Assembly: GCA_016748015.1 (NCBI GenBank)
Contig: JAAOMT010000445.1
Coordinates: 248,001 to 312,000, forward strand
DNA from: Geosiphon pyriformis uo1
Taxonomy: Eukaryota > Fungi > Glomeromycota
Reading direction: 5' to 3'
DNA length: 64,000 nucleotides
A program made the translations under genes and the position numbers. Below are positions 51,669 through 63,459 of this stretch, piece by piece (position 1 is the stretch's first letter; each line of letters starts with the position of its first letter). A model generated the notes under the pieces. The model worked only from the letters and a program-made list of their open reading frames with translations. It was not told where the DNA came from and made no database searches.

Positions 51669-53053
51669 ATGGATCCAGAAAACTACAAATAACATCAAAA
51701 ACTATTTGGAAACTCTCACTATGCCAGAAAATTGGTCCCAAGTGAAAAACATTGATTACAACACCAATTCAAACAATATTTTATACACCACAACAAAATC
51801 TATTACAAAAATTGTAAAAACTCAAACCAATCACTCAAATTAGTACAGGAAAATAAAAAAGAAACAATTTTATATAACATGCATACAGATCTGTCTTCAG
51901 CACACTTGGGAAGAGATGAAACAATTCAAAGAACTCTTGAACATTATTTTTGGCTTTACATGTAAAAAGACATTCGACAATATATAAAATCTTGTGATAG
52001 TTGTCAAAGAAGAAGAGGAACTTGCCCCACAGAACCTTTAAATCCAATCAAAGTTGGACAACCATTTGACAGAGTTGGAATTGATTTAGTTGGACCATTA
52101 CCTATCACAATCCAAGGAAATTGCTATATTGCAGTAGCAGTAGATTATCTTACCAAATGGCCTGAAGCTAGAGTCATCCAAAGAGCAGATGCAAAATTAG
52201 TAGCAAATTTCATCTATGAAGACATTATTTGTAGACATGGATGTTTAATTGAACTCTTATCTGATCAAGGAACACATTTTGTAAACAACTTGATACAAGA
52301 AATTTGTGATTGATTTAATGTCAAAAGATTTCTATCATTGTCTTATCATCCTCAAACAAATAGACTTGTAGAATGGTTTAACAGAACATTGTGTGAATCA
52401 TTGGCCAAAGTCTCAACAGATTTTGAGCAGGAATGAAATATCTTTATTCCATCAGTGTTACTAGCATACAGAACACTAAAACAAGATACTATGAAACACA
52501 CACCATTTGACCTTACTTATGGAAAGACAGCAATATTACCAATTAATTTCACAGTAGAAACATACCCAGTGCAACCAATCAATGAAAAAACTTTCAAAAA
52601 ACACTCCAAAGAAGGGCCTATACTCTTTTCAGTACACTGGAAGGAAAAAGAAGGATAGCAGCAACTCACATTGAATATTCCCAAGCTCAACAAAAAGAAA
52701 GACATGACAACAAATTACCACCCATTATCAACAAATTTAAAGTTAGAAATAAAGTTTTCTTACACAGAACTAAGGCTGAAAAACAATAGAGTGAAAAATT
52801 TGAAAACAAATGGGATAGACCATTTTATATTTACGAAATTCTAGGCAATGGATCATATAAATTAAGACTTGATAATAAAATACTAGCAAAAGTTGCACAT
52901 AGAGACAAATTGAAACACTATCATTTCAGAAACAATCTTGAAACATTAATTCCACAAATTGGTACACATTCCCCTTTAATTAATCCTGAAGATATTCTCC
53001 AAAATTTAGAACCAATAATTATAATAAAACAACAACCAAACTTGAACACTTAA
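51669..53053 (+). pseudogene. int: Element G stand-alone integrase (degenerate)
   Basis: ATG-GAT-CCA-GAA-AAC 56 nt after the RNase H stop; GIDLVGP, SDQGTHF and YHPQTN motifs. Confidence 0.9.
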
Positions 53054-53197
53054 TTTTACAATAATTTTTTAATAAAAACACAAAGCCAAAAAATAGTAAA
53101 TAATTACAAAAAACACCCAAACCCAAAAACAAATAAAAACCCCATATCCAAAAATAATTTTCTTTATTCTCCCTTTTCATAATTAGTCAATTTTATC

Positions 53198-53905
53198 ATG
53201 ATTATTTCCCGAAATATTCAACAAATATCCCAAAAGTTAATGTTAGTCTTAAAAACACTTTCTGACTTATCCATAACGATTAATGGAAGTCAAATTAATT
53301 ACATTCAGAAAGAAACTACAGCCCCAGTAGTAAATCATTTGCAGAACTATCACCCCTATAGAAGAAAAACAAGAAGTCACTCTGAAAATAGATTACTAAG
53401 ACTTTTGAAGCAAGCACTGGAAGAAAATTTTTTAATTGCCCCTATTGACATTCCACCAAATGCTACAATGCAACAAAAACTTCTACTACTTTTCAATGAA
53501 CAGAACAATAAACACACCCTTATCTATAAATACTTTCACATTGAAAAGACACTTTATGAACGAAAACTGGAATTTGAAACAACAAATCTCACTCCTGAAG
53601 CTATACAAAAACAAATTCATAATGAATTCAAAACAGCAGCTGGACCAACAAACACTTGCTACAAACTTAGAACAGCTTTTAGATTCTATGATTTGTTTAA
53701 TACTTGTAAAAATGTTCTACAAAATCCAATACTGCAACCAATGAAAGTTCAATACATTGGCAAACTCACAGAACTGAAATTTCAACAATTTTCAGACCAG
53801 ATTACTTCAATTATTTTGGATCACTATCTCAATATTACAGATAGTGCTTGGACTTTGACAGAGCTTAGTCTTGAGGAGAAGATTATGTTACCAGTAGAAT
53901 TTTAG
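53198..53905 (+). CDS. Element G ORF3, open 235-aa reading frame of unknown function
   Basis: Uninterrupted homolog of A/F ORF3; stop inside the 3' LTR. Confidence 0.75.
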   Translation: MIISRNIQQISQKLMLVLKTLSDLSITINGSQINYIQKETTAPVVNHLQNYHPYRRKTRSHSENRLLRLLKQALEENFLIAPIDIPPNATMQQKLLLLFNEQNNKHTLIYKYFHIEKTLYERKLEFETTNLTPEAIQKQIHNEFKTAAGPTNTCYKLRTAFRFYDLFNTCKNVLQNPILQPMKVQYIGKLTELKFQQFSDQITSIILDHYLNITDSAWTLTELSLEEKIMLPVEF

Positions 53906-54897
53906 CTATTAATTAACATGAAATTACCCTTATAATTCCTATAATTAATTAGTATATTAATATTATTTCAAATTATCATTTATTATTTCATCAATTATCA
54001 CATATCACGATTCAATTATATAATTTAATTAGTATAACAAAAAGTAGAATGATCAAATTACACAATACTCTGAACTTTGTAACATTCAAAAATTTGCCAA
54101 AATTTACAGAAATTCGCCAAAATTTATAAGAAATTCGCCGAAATTTATAGAAATTCGCCAAAATTATGAATAGTTTATCCAAATTAATCAATAGTTCAGC
54201 AAAATAACTTGTAGTCCATCAAAATGTATCTTTAGTTTGCCAAAATTTGAGCAAAGAGAAAAAGTGCAAGTTCATAGACTAGTACTACAACAAGTTGTAT
54301 AAAAGAAAAGCTTTTCTCTTTAAGAAAATGTATTTTACTTTAAATTTATCACTTAGAACCATTCCTATACACACAAAAAGAAATAAATATCAAATAATTT
54401 GAAAAACCAAATTCTTTAATTATTGCACTTGGAAAATCCCCAAAACCCAACTAACATTTTGAAATTGATTAGCTACCAATTTCAGTAAACTGTTAGTGAC
54501 TCCAGGCCTGAATAGAAAACGTTTCCCTTAACAGAATTCAATTTCTTTTATATTTTTTTTACTTTTTTTTTATTTTCTTATTATAATCATTAGAGTAGTG
54601 TACAAACAAGATTCCTGTAGAAGAGTTGACTTTTACAGCAAAGTAACTACACATTTTTAGTGAGCTTTCAGACAAGCAATTCCTGGGAATAAGTTTACAT
54701 TTACTACAACATAACTATATAAAGTAACTGACAAGGAATTGGCCATTCCACTTATAAGCCCAGCAAGTTCAAATTATAGAAGATAATTTGAAGATAAATT
54801 CAGTTATTGGAGGTTCAACTACTTCTAGAAAATGTGAATTTGCAACCAATAGACATTTACAACATTCAAGAAAAGAGACCAAAAACCTCTGGTAACA
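53886..54897 (+). repeat. 3' LTR of element G
   Basis: TGTTACCAGT...TCTGGTAACA. Confidence 0.93.
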
Positions 54898-54907
54898 TCA
54901 GATAACA

Positions 54908-56256
54908 ATGCATTGGAAGATATTACTGCACAGGTCTCTAATGAATTGGTTTAGGATTTGTGGTGCTGTAAAATAATCAGCTTGTATTGTCTGAATTTGG
55001 TGCAGATTTCTGTAGAAGTGTCCTAAGTAAGTAATAACTGCTTCAGTTTCTTCTGGTTTAATAGTAGTAAAGATATTTATTAGACAATTAATACTATTAT
55101 TATTGCTAAAATATTATAGAAATGCAAGCTTGAATGCATTGAAATTCTAAGGTTTGTTGGCCAAGCTTTGATATCATAAGTCGGCAGTATCCTAAAGAAA
55201 GTATGGAATGGCTTACATGGCTCTAGCATTATTCTATCTATTGACTACAATGGCTTTTTCAATATTGTTTAGCCATACTTGGGTATTGTCTTCTTTGTCT
55301 GTAAACTTTTCGAGTTTTGCTATTGAGACATAGGCCATTGGATCCAAGTTTGGTTGTTGTTGTTGTTGTTGGGATGATAACTGAATTTGGAATTATGGTG
55401 GTGGCTGTTGTTGTTGTTCAGTAATTAGTGAAATGAGTGATGGATTGATCTCGATTATTGGAGGTAAGTTTTGTTGATTAATTATGTTAGAGTTTAGATC
55501 ATTCTGATTTTCTGGAGTTTGAATATTTGGGGTTTGATTTTCTGGATTTTCTGAGATCAGATTTTGGTAATTAAATTCTTGATTCTCATTTTTTTTTTCT
55601 TCAAATTCTGTCACTTCCCAAGGACTTGCAGTTCCAAAATTTGGTGGAGGTGGTAATGATCAAAATTCTGATGGCATCAATGATTGTAATTTAAATTTTT
55701 CAAAATAATCACCATAAGTTCCTAATAATTCTGCTTTTTTTTGTTTATTTTAAAATAGGAGTTATCTAAATGTTGAGATCATGTTTGATGTGAACATATC
55801 TGCTAATAAGATGTTAATGGTGCTTCTGGATGTATAGTGGTATGATGGATTGGTTAAAAATTCTATTCTTGTTTTCTTTCAAGTAAGTGGTTGTATTTTT
55901 TGTGATGTTACTGCTGGTGTTTGTAGTTTTCTTTTGTTTTTGTTTGTATAGATAATTAGATATCTTTGTTAAGTGTGATGTTCAATTTTTTTATTGATTT
56001 TGATAAGGATTGCTGTGAAATTATAATTTGCTGGTAGGCTGGTATTTTGAATTAATTTGTTGTTAAAATTTCTTCTGGCTGAGTTAGTTTCTATTGGTAC
56101 TCCTAGCAAATATGAGATTCTCTTGTTGACGTAAAAGTTGAAGGCTAATTCTGTTAATAGGTAATTGTTAGTTAATCTCAAGTGTTAACAGTAATGTTGG
56201 AATAAAAATTTGATGAATCCTAAATGGTTTGTCCCTATTCTTTCTGGTTCTGCCAC
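54908..56256 (-). pseudogene. gag: Element B Gag N-terminal part
   Basis: ORFs 55393..55614 and 55969..56181 are homologous to C Gag (AFNFYVNKRISYLLG). PBS at 56303..56318. Confidence 0.85.
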
Positions 56257-56320
56257 TTTTGGATTGTTGTTGTGTTGGTACTGGTTCTCTGTAAGATTAT
56301 ACTTTACAGGGAGCACCAAA

Positions 56321-57993
56321 TGTTACAAGTAATTATTTGGGGTCTCAAATCAAATAACAAAACCATAACTTAGTGCTCAATTAATATTTTGATGTTGATT
56401 TCTGAAGATGTTATGAATTTGAAGATTTTGGTTGAGTTTTTTGTATAATAAACAGAGATTCACTATGATTAGTTTTAGTAGATTTCTCAAGTCATTTTCC
56501 CAATTTCTGTCTTCAACATAATGGCTGATTTAATCTGGCAGTTGTGTTTTTCTGGTAAGCTATTTGTTAATATCTATATAATTCTATCCTTATTTCTGAG
56601 TCTTTTACCAGACTATCTGTAAAATTAATATTTCAGCACTTAATCTTCAATCAATTTAGTAAAACAAAAAGAAATAACAAAAAAAAATCAAAGAAAATAA
56701 AAAAAAATAAAAAAAATAAGCCAAGACAATAAAGATTAATATCTTGTTAATAGCCATAATTAAGAACTATTGTTTCAGCATAGTTAAGTATCAATTATTA
56801 TTAGCATGAAATGTTGATAGTGAAGAGTGAATTGAGATAGTGAATAATTATTTATTGATATTTGTAGTGTAAAAAGGTTGCTTAGATTAAATCTAAACTA
56901 AAAGGTTTGCCTTTTTTACTTCTAATACTACCACTATATATACATAATTAAGATTCCTCAATTTTTTAATTTTTCACACCAAGAATCTTGGAATTTCTGG
57001 AATTCTGCAATTTTTTTAAGAAAAATTCTGGAATTCTGAAATCTTGCGATTTTTTGTTGTTACAGATGATTATTTGGGGTCTCAAAGCAAATAACAAATC
57101 CATAACTTGGTGCTTGAGTGGTACTCTGGCATAGATATCTGAAGGTTTTATTGATCTGAAGGTTTATTGTAGAGTCCTTTGTATAATAGACAGAGATTTA
57201 ACAATTGTTTTCAGTAGCCTCTCGGAATCATAATTCTGTCAAATTTTTTTCTTAGTATGATGGCCGGTAATCCTCCTGGTAAGCTATTCTCAAATCTATG
57301 AGTGTTTTACCCTTGTTTTATGGGTTTTTTACCAGTTCTATGACATCTGTATCTTAGTGCTTAATCCTTAATCAATTTTAGTAAAACAAAGAAATAAAAG
57401 AAAATAAATAAAATTTAAACAAAAGCAATTACAAGTTAGTATCCTGTCAATAATCATAATCAAGAGCTATTGTTCCAGTATGATTAAGTATCAATTACTA
57501 TCAACATGAAGTGTTAATAGGGGAAGTGAATTTGAAATAGAGAATAATTATTTATTGATATTTGTGAATAGAAAGGTTATTTAGATAAAATATAAACTGA
57601 GAAGTCTGTCTTTTCTACCTTTAATGCTATTACTATATATACATAATTTGGGTTCTATGAAATCACTCATATACTTGAGTGATGTGCTATAATTTCTTAA
57701 GCAATGTGCTATATTTTCTTGACATTGCTCTACATTGCTGAGCAATGTGCTGTAATTTCTGACATTGCTTCACATTGCTAAGCAATGTGCTTATGTGCTA
57801 ACTACTACTTTCTTATTGGCCTATTATTTTTTTATATCTGTTTTCTTTTTATGAGTAACATCATACAAGAATCCTGTAATTCCTGGAATTCTGCAATTCT
57901 TCTAAGAGGAATCCTGGAATTTCACATTTACTATGGCTACTTTTGGTTGGCTAATTTATATGCTAATATACTTTCTATATTCTATAAGTAACA
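56321..57993 (-). repeat. 5' LTR of element B (interrupted by solo LTR 57058..57860)
   Basis: Starts TGTTACAAG next to the PBS, ends ATAAGTAACA. GGAATTC-rich U3 repeats continue on both sides of the insert. Confidence 0.85.
57058..57860 (-). mobile_element. Solo LTR (C-like family) inserted in the element B 5' LTR
   Basis: TGTTACAGATG...ATGAGTAACA; TSD TTGT/TCAT. Confidence 0.9.
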
Positions 57994-58500
57994 ACATAGG
58001 TCCTCATATGTGTTTTCCTTAGAGTAGTATCATCTATTATGTCATCTGTTTCAGAAACATTGAAGTTAATATAGCTTATCTCTTCAGCAATCATGTTTTT
58101 CATGTTCTCTATATTTAACACCTTACTAATACTACTCTCTTTGCTATCTATTTTACTACCCCAAAATTTAACATGCTCATCACTAGTATTATACAACAAA
58201 TCAACTGACAAAAGTCCAGCTAACAAATTTATCATACTACCAGGAACTACAAGCAACTTCATTTTCTTATATGAAGAACCACAAGAATAGATACTCTCAA
58301 CTTGTGTCTTTTTTTTGTTCCAGACCAGGTTCCCAATTCAGTTAAAACAGAATTGAAAATGCCAGCAGAAGAGTCTACTGAATTCATAGCAACAAATAAA
58401 AGTGTATCGAAAGAAATAACTATGAAAATTAAAAAGGAAAAGGAAAAGGAAAATTGTATTTTTTTGGCTATATTATGCTCTCACTGTAACTAGGGAATCA
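57994..58500 (-). mobile_element. Probable 5' end (5'UTR + ORF1 N-terminus) of a LINE, interrupted by element B
   Basis: ATG at 58387 (MNSVDSSAG...), then ORF 57975..58262 (WGSKIDSKESSIS...TLRKTHMRTYV|). G/T-rich sense strand like the neighbouring LINE. The ORF1 assignment rests on recalled similarity to Glomeromycotina LINE ORF1 proteins. Confidence 0.55.
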
Positions 58501-58770
58501 ACAAAAGAAAAAACTTTTTTCCTTAACAATTATACAAATTTTTTATTATTATTTAAGTAAAAAAATTTTACAATAATAAAATTATAATATTATAAATAAA
58601 TTAATTGTTTGTTTAATATTTAATACTTATTAATAAAATTTTTTTTTTTATTAATTAACAAGTGAGGTCCAAATGCTACCTACTGCTATACATTAAAGAA
58701 ATGATCTAAAGTAGGTGCAAATTATGCATTTTCTACATGTGACCAGTCATTTGGGCCAGTCAGAACAACA

Positions 58771-61700
58771 CTACACAACTATATGAACAGAAACTGAGTC
58801 ATCAATACCAGAAAAAAATAAGCAACACTTGTGATAACCAAAGCTAACACCAAAAGCCTCAACCATTTCCAGCAAATTGACTACATCAGCAGAAAACTTT
58901 GAAGACAAACCAGGCAATGAAATAAGAATCAAACCATCTAAAGAAATCAACCTGTTCTTCTCCATGTACGCACAATGTTTTGCACGAACCAACCAAATAT
59001 TATTCCTAAAAGCAAGACCAAGAGAATGCATGAACTTGACAACCTTTGAACCAGCCACCTTAGGGTCATGGAAGACAAAAACAGCCTCACAAAACCAATC
59101 ATTAAAAACAAAACCTTTATGAAGAGCTGCTGATACTAAAGAACCAGAGACACAAGATGACAACAAACACAACACACTTGACGAAGAATGAGACAATCCA
59201 GAAAGTGCCTTCCAAGACTCCACGTGGGATTCTAATAATCAACGCTGAGCAGAATCATTAACTCCACAAGAAAACACATGATCTAATATCTTCACTTCAC
59301 TGCAATACAAGCACAAAACACTAGAATAAAATCTATTATAAAGGCGTTTATGAACAGCCACAGGCAGTTGATGATGCAAAGCCTTTATGAAATAAGTGCG
59401 CACATTAGCCGAAACTCTGCTGGTAAAACCAGCAGCCATATGTAAATCCAGATGCTACACCAATGAAGAACACAACCAATCAATCTCAGAAACCAAATCA
59501 CTCACCAAAAACTTAACTCCCAAACCTATTTCTTAATGTGCACAACTAATGAAGTGAAAAACATCTCAGACAAAACATCTAGAATTACCAGAAATCACAA
59601 CACCATCGGCCACCAAAAAGTGCTCATCCAAGCGAGGAGGAAGAAACCAACTAGAAAGAGAGTCAGAACCAGCAATCACATCAGCTTGCTCATTCCCTTC
59701 TATACCAGAATGACCTTTGACTTTATGCCAGCTAACCCTTAAATTTTTTCTATGAATTAAGTTAACAATATGCTGACATTCAACCCAGCACTGACTGCAA
59801 AAATCAGGATGCAAAAGACCCAATTCCAACTTGTACACATCCAAGACAGATTGATTATCTGAAAACAGGTGAACCAAACTAAAAGGGGGGACGCATTCTA
59901 GGGCCAAAGCAATGGCTTGTAGCTCAGCCAGAGTGAACAACATCAAATCCGACATACCAATGCCCAAACTCAGACCAATGTCCTCAAAAAAGGCAGTAGT
60001 ACCAGCTTTACAGCCAACCATACCCAGATTCCTCAAAGATCCATCCATGTAGACAGATAAACAACCAGTTTCAACACATAAGAGATGATCACAGACAGAC
60101 AAAAATTCATCAGAACTAAGAATATTCAAAGGACCAATATTATCCAAAACTAAAAAAGGAGCAGAAAAAGAAGTCACACCATCAAGAAATGCAGCAGAAA
60201 GTCTAAACTAATCAGGAATGGGTCCATGGGAGTCCAATCTCTTCCACCACTTAAATGTGTACCAACTAAAAACAGAACTATAACAATCATGAAGCTGATC
60301 AATAAAAGCTATACCATAATGCTGAAGAGATGAGAGAAACTTAAAAAATCTCAACTTGCCAAGAACAGCCGACATAGACACCCCACCATTAAAACTAAAT
60401 GCATTGGCTGAAGAGCCACCCAAAGACAAATTGCAATCAAAGAGTATGCAAACCAGGCCAGCCAGAAAGTTATTAGAAGCACTGACACAAATACGAGCCA
60501 AACAACTCAATGGGTGAACAAGGTGCCAACACAAAACTTGTAAGTCATGAGATCTGTAAGAAAATAAGTGGCCCAAAATACCACTGAAGTTTACAAAACT
60601 GATGAGAGAGACAACCTTGTCCTTAGATTGAATCTGCAAAAAAGACTTTAGATCATAAAAAGAAGGGTGGTGAATCATATTACCAGGAAAATTGAGTGGC
60701 AGACCAGATTTGAGTTTTAAAGCCTTGCGAATCATGACATCCCATTTGTTACATACACCAACAGAAACAAAGCTAAATTGGGTCCTATAACGGACTATAG
60801 GATAAAGAACTGCTGAAACTAAATACAAGAGCTGCTTATCTGTAATAGCCTTTTTCAGAACCAGATTGGTAAAAAAACAAATGTTCAAATGGGCTTTAAC
60901 CAAACTAGGTTTCAATAGGCCCTTAGTTGAGAGAAAAATACCCAAATATCGATGAGATTCTCCCTTTTTGGCAATAGAAATGGGTGAACCACTGATAAAA
61001 AGAGAAAGATTGCTGACCCTGCTATTAATAGGGATGGCCACTGTCTTGTCATTGTTAATTGAAATGTTATTAATTCAAAAAAATTCACTAGCAACATTGA
61101 AAATATGTTGAATGGCCTTCAGACTGCTACCAACTCAAATTGTATCATCAATGAAAGCACCAGCAGCAAAAAACGTAGAAAATCTAACCTGAGACTCAGC
61201 GTGACCACTCTTAGAAATAAAATAGAAATTCAGTCTGTACTCACACACACTCCCCTGTCGCTTGACTTTGCACAAGAGAGGATCATAAAATATGTGTCAC
61301 AAGAGAGGAAAAAAGACTTCCCTTTGGTCCAAATCATCATGTACATAATAACCACTCATTAGCCCAAAATCTGTCATAACTCAATTGGTGCGACCCCAAT
61401 GAATACCACTGAAAAACCAAATGAACTTGTCACACATTTTAATCCTAACCAAACATTTACTAAGATGCTCCCAGCTAACCAAGTTATACACCTTTTTCAT
61501 GTTCTGTAAAATGAGCCAGAGCTCACAATCCTTTTCTAGAACATTTTTAACAATAGAACCAACTGCAAAAATGGGAAACTGGGTAGATGTACCCTTCAAA
61601 ACTGAAAAGTTGTCACCACGAAAAATGTCGAATGCGCTGCATGCCAATGAAATCCGATCAGAGAGAATCTTAAAAAGAATCTTACGAGCTGTTTCAATCA

Positions 61701-63459
61701 AAGCAATAGGACGTGTATTTGTTAGTACACTCTTCTACTCATATGGTTTAGAGATCATTGAGACCCACACCTTCTTCCAGGAACAAGGCACTGATTCACA
61801 TGACAAACAAGAGTTTAAAAGCACCAAAAGCATATTCAAAACAGATCTATTACAACACTTTCAGAGTTCATTTGAAATTGCAGAAAGACCAGCAACTTTG
61901 CCATTAAGCAGACCAGAAACCACCCCGAACAACTCATCAAAACTAATTGAACTCATTACACCAGAAAAGGCTTCATCAAAAACATAATTCAAAGATTGAT
62001 ATTGATAATTCCAATCACTAGAGACATCAATGACCACCTAATATAATTAAGTCCAATTCTCCATAATTACATTTACCTTAGACTTCACAAGATTAGACTC
62101 CAAAATCAGCTCATTACCCACTACCAGATGGTCTAAAACTACTTTGCAGAAAGAGCATTCCAAAACACTCCTAATAGTATGACTCTTGTTTAACTCAAAG
62201 CTTTCCATTCTTCTGTCAATTGCCAACCTGATCTGAGACTCTCTAGTATGATCTAATTCTAACAACTTAGACAAACAGTAAGATTTTCTGATTTTGGCCA
62301 AAACTGACCAAATGGCATCAAAATGGAAACCTGAAAGAAAAAGAGACTTAACAACAGAGGCATTGGTAGAATCAAGACCACTCCATAAGCCAAGTAGAGA
62401 AACAAACTCATCATGAGAAGCCAGACGCAAAGTCTTAACAATCCTCGACACCAAAAGTTCTAATTTGTGAAATCTAGAAGATGCCCTATTAAAAACACTG
62501 TCATAGTCCTTAAACCATTTCTTCTTAAAAACACTTTCTGCTGACAAGCACACTACTTGGTGGAGAGCATTTTACATCGAGTCCAAATCTGAACTCCTCT
62601 CAGTAGCACCAAACTTATCACAAAACATGGCAGTATTTGCAGTCATATCTTCTTTGAATTTAATCCACTTAGCACTATCAGCACTCATAAAATTATATTT
62701 CCAACAATCTCTATTTGTCTGTTTACACAAAAAGTTCAGTTGTACATCCAGCAAACCACCAAGACCCATGGATACAGAAACAGCCTTATAATCAGTATCA
62801 AAATAGTCATTGACAGCAGCCATACTATGATCTATTACCACACCAATCAAATTAGACGAAATAAACATGTAATTAATTGTCTTAGCGACACCATGAGAGT
62901 TGTACTAAGTAGGTAACTTCACAGAAGAGCTCCCTTCCAGAGAGTTAACCAAACTCAAATTAAAGCATTTTTTGAGACTGGTGCACTTCCGAAAACTATC
63001 CTCATTGAAGTCACCACCAAGAATAACAAAAAAAGATTCATTAACAGCCCTCGTAATCAAGAAATTAATCTCGGCAGCTTGAGAAAACCAAGCAGTCAAA
63101 GAAGCATCAGCATAAAGTCCCAAAATAGAAACCAAAAGTTTGTTCTTAAAAAGTAACTTAATACAGAGAAGGCAGCCAGGAATCTCAGAAACCTTACTAA
63201 TATGCTTAGCTAAAGAATTGTCCAAAACCATCATAACACTAGCTTTAGTGTAGCCAGAGGCCAAATCAGAAGAGAAAACACAAACACCATTAAACTTGCT
63301 AGCCAACCAAGGACAAGCTTTATCCTTCAACTTTGTCTCCATAAGAATGAAAACCAAATTGCACAAATCTTTGTGCCAATGCACAATGTCTTCCTGTTTT
63401 GTGAAATTGTTTATATCTTGAACATTACATGTAGCTACTTTCCAAATGATGTCAGTCAT
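58771..63459 (-). pseudogene. LINE ORF2: APE endonuclease, RT, RNase H, CCHC finger (premature stops)
   Basis: KVATCNV..ETKL..ILGGDFNE (APE). QNMKKVYNLVSW, LDQREVFFPLL and AFIDD (RT). VYMDGS/AELQAI/SDNQ/KVKGHSGIEGNEQAD (RNase H). CLYC...HVFSC. Confidence 0.92.

Larger units (their letters stand above)
43540..54897 (+). mobile_element. Full-length Ty3/Gypsy element G (~9.9 kb plus 1.42-kb insertion)
   Basis: LTRs 43540..44530 and 53886..54897, PBS TGGTGCTCTCC at 44533, PPT GAGGAGAAG at ~53873, TSD TTGG/TCAG. Confidence 0.95.
21699..54907 (-). mobile_element. Ty3/Gypsy element D (~9.8 kb reconstructed). Pieces: 21699-24561, 25980-29726, 40329-43539, 54898-54907.
   Basis: LTR pair 21699..22613 and 42609..43539+54898..54907, with PBS and PPT. 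TSD ACAC/ATGC. Confidence 0.92.
4487..57993 (-). mobile_element. Ty3/Gypsy element B, outermost host of the nest. Pieces: 4487-9683, 19552-19679, 20460-21698, 54908-57057, 57861-57993. 3' end outside window.
   Basis: Coding sequence joins across each insertion (PAPLIEF|DDK, KTNA|TFNW, NIFQC|VCLLYPADLQ). PBS and 5' LTR lie at the right end. Confidence 0.88.

Noticed and set aside
61421-61987. 188-aa + strand ORF and other antisense ORFs (e.g. 2332..2523, 13234..13554, 26916..27209, 28121..28462)
   Set aside because: Shadow frames opposite recognisable pol or ORF2 domains, with no independent motifs.
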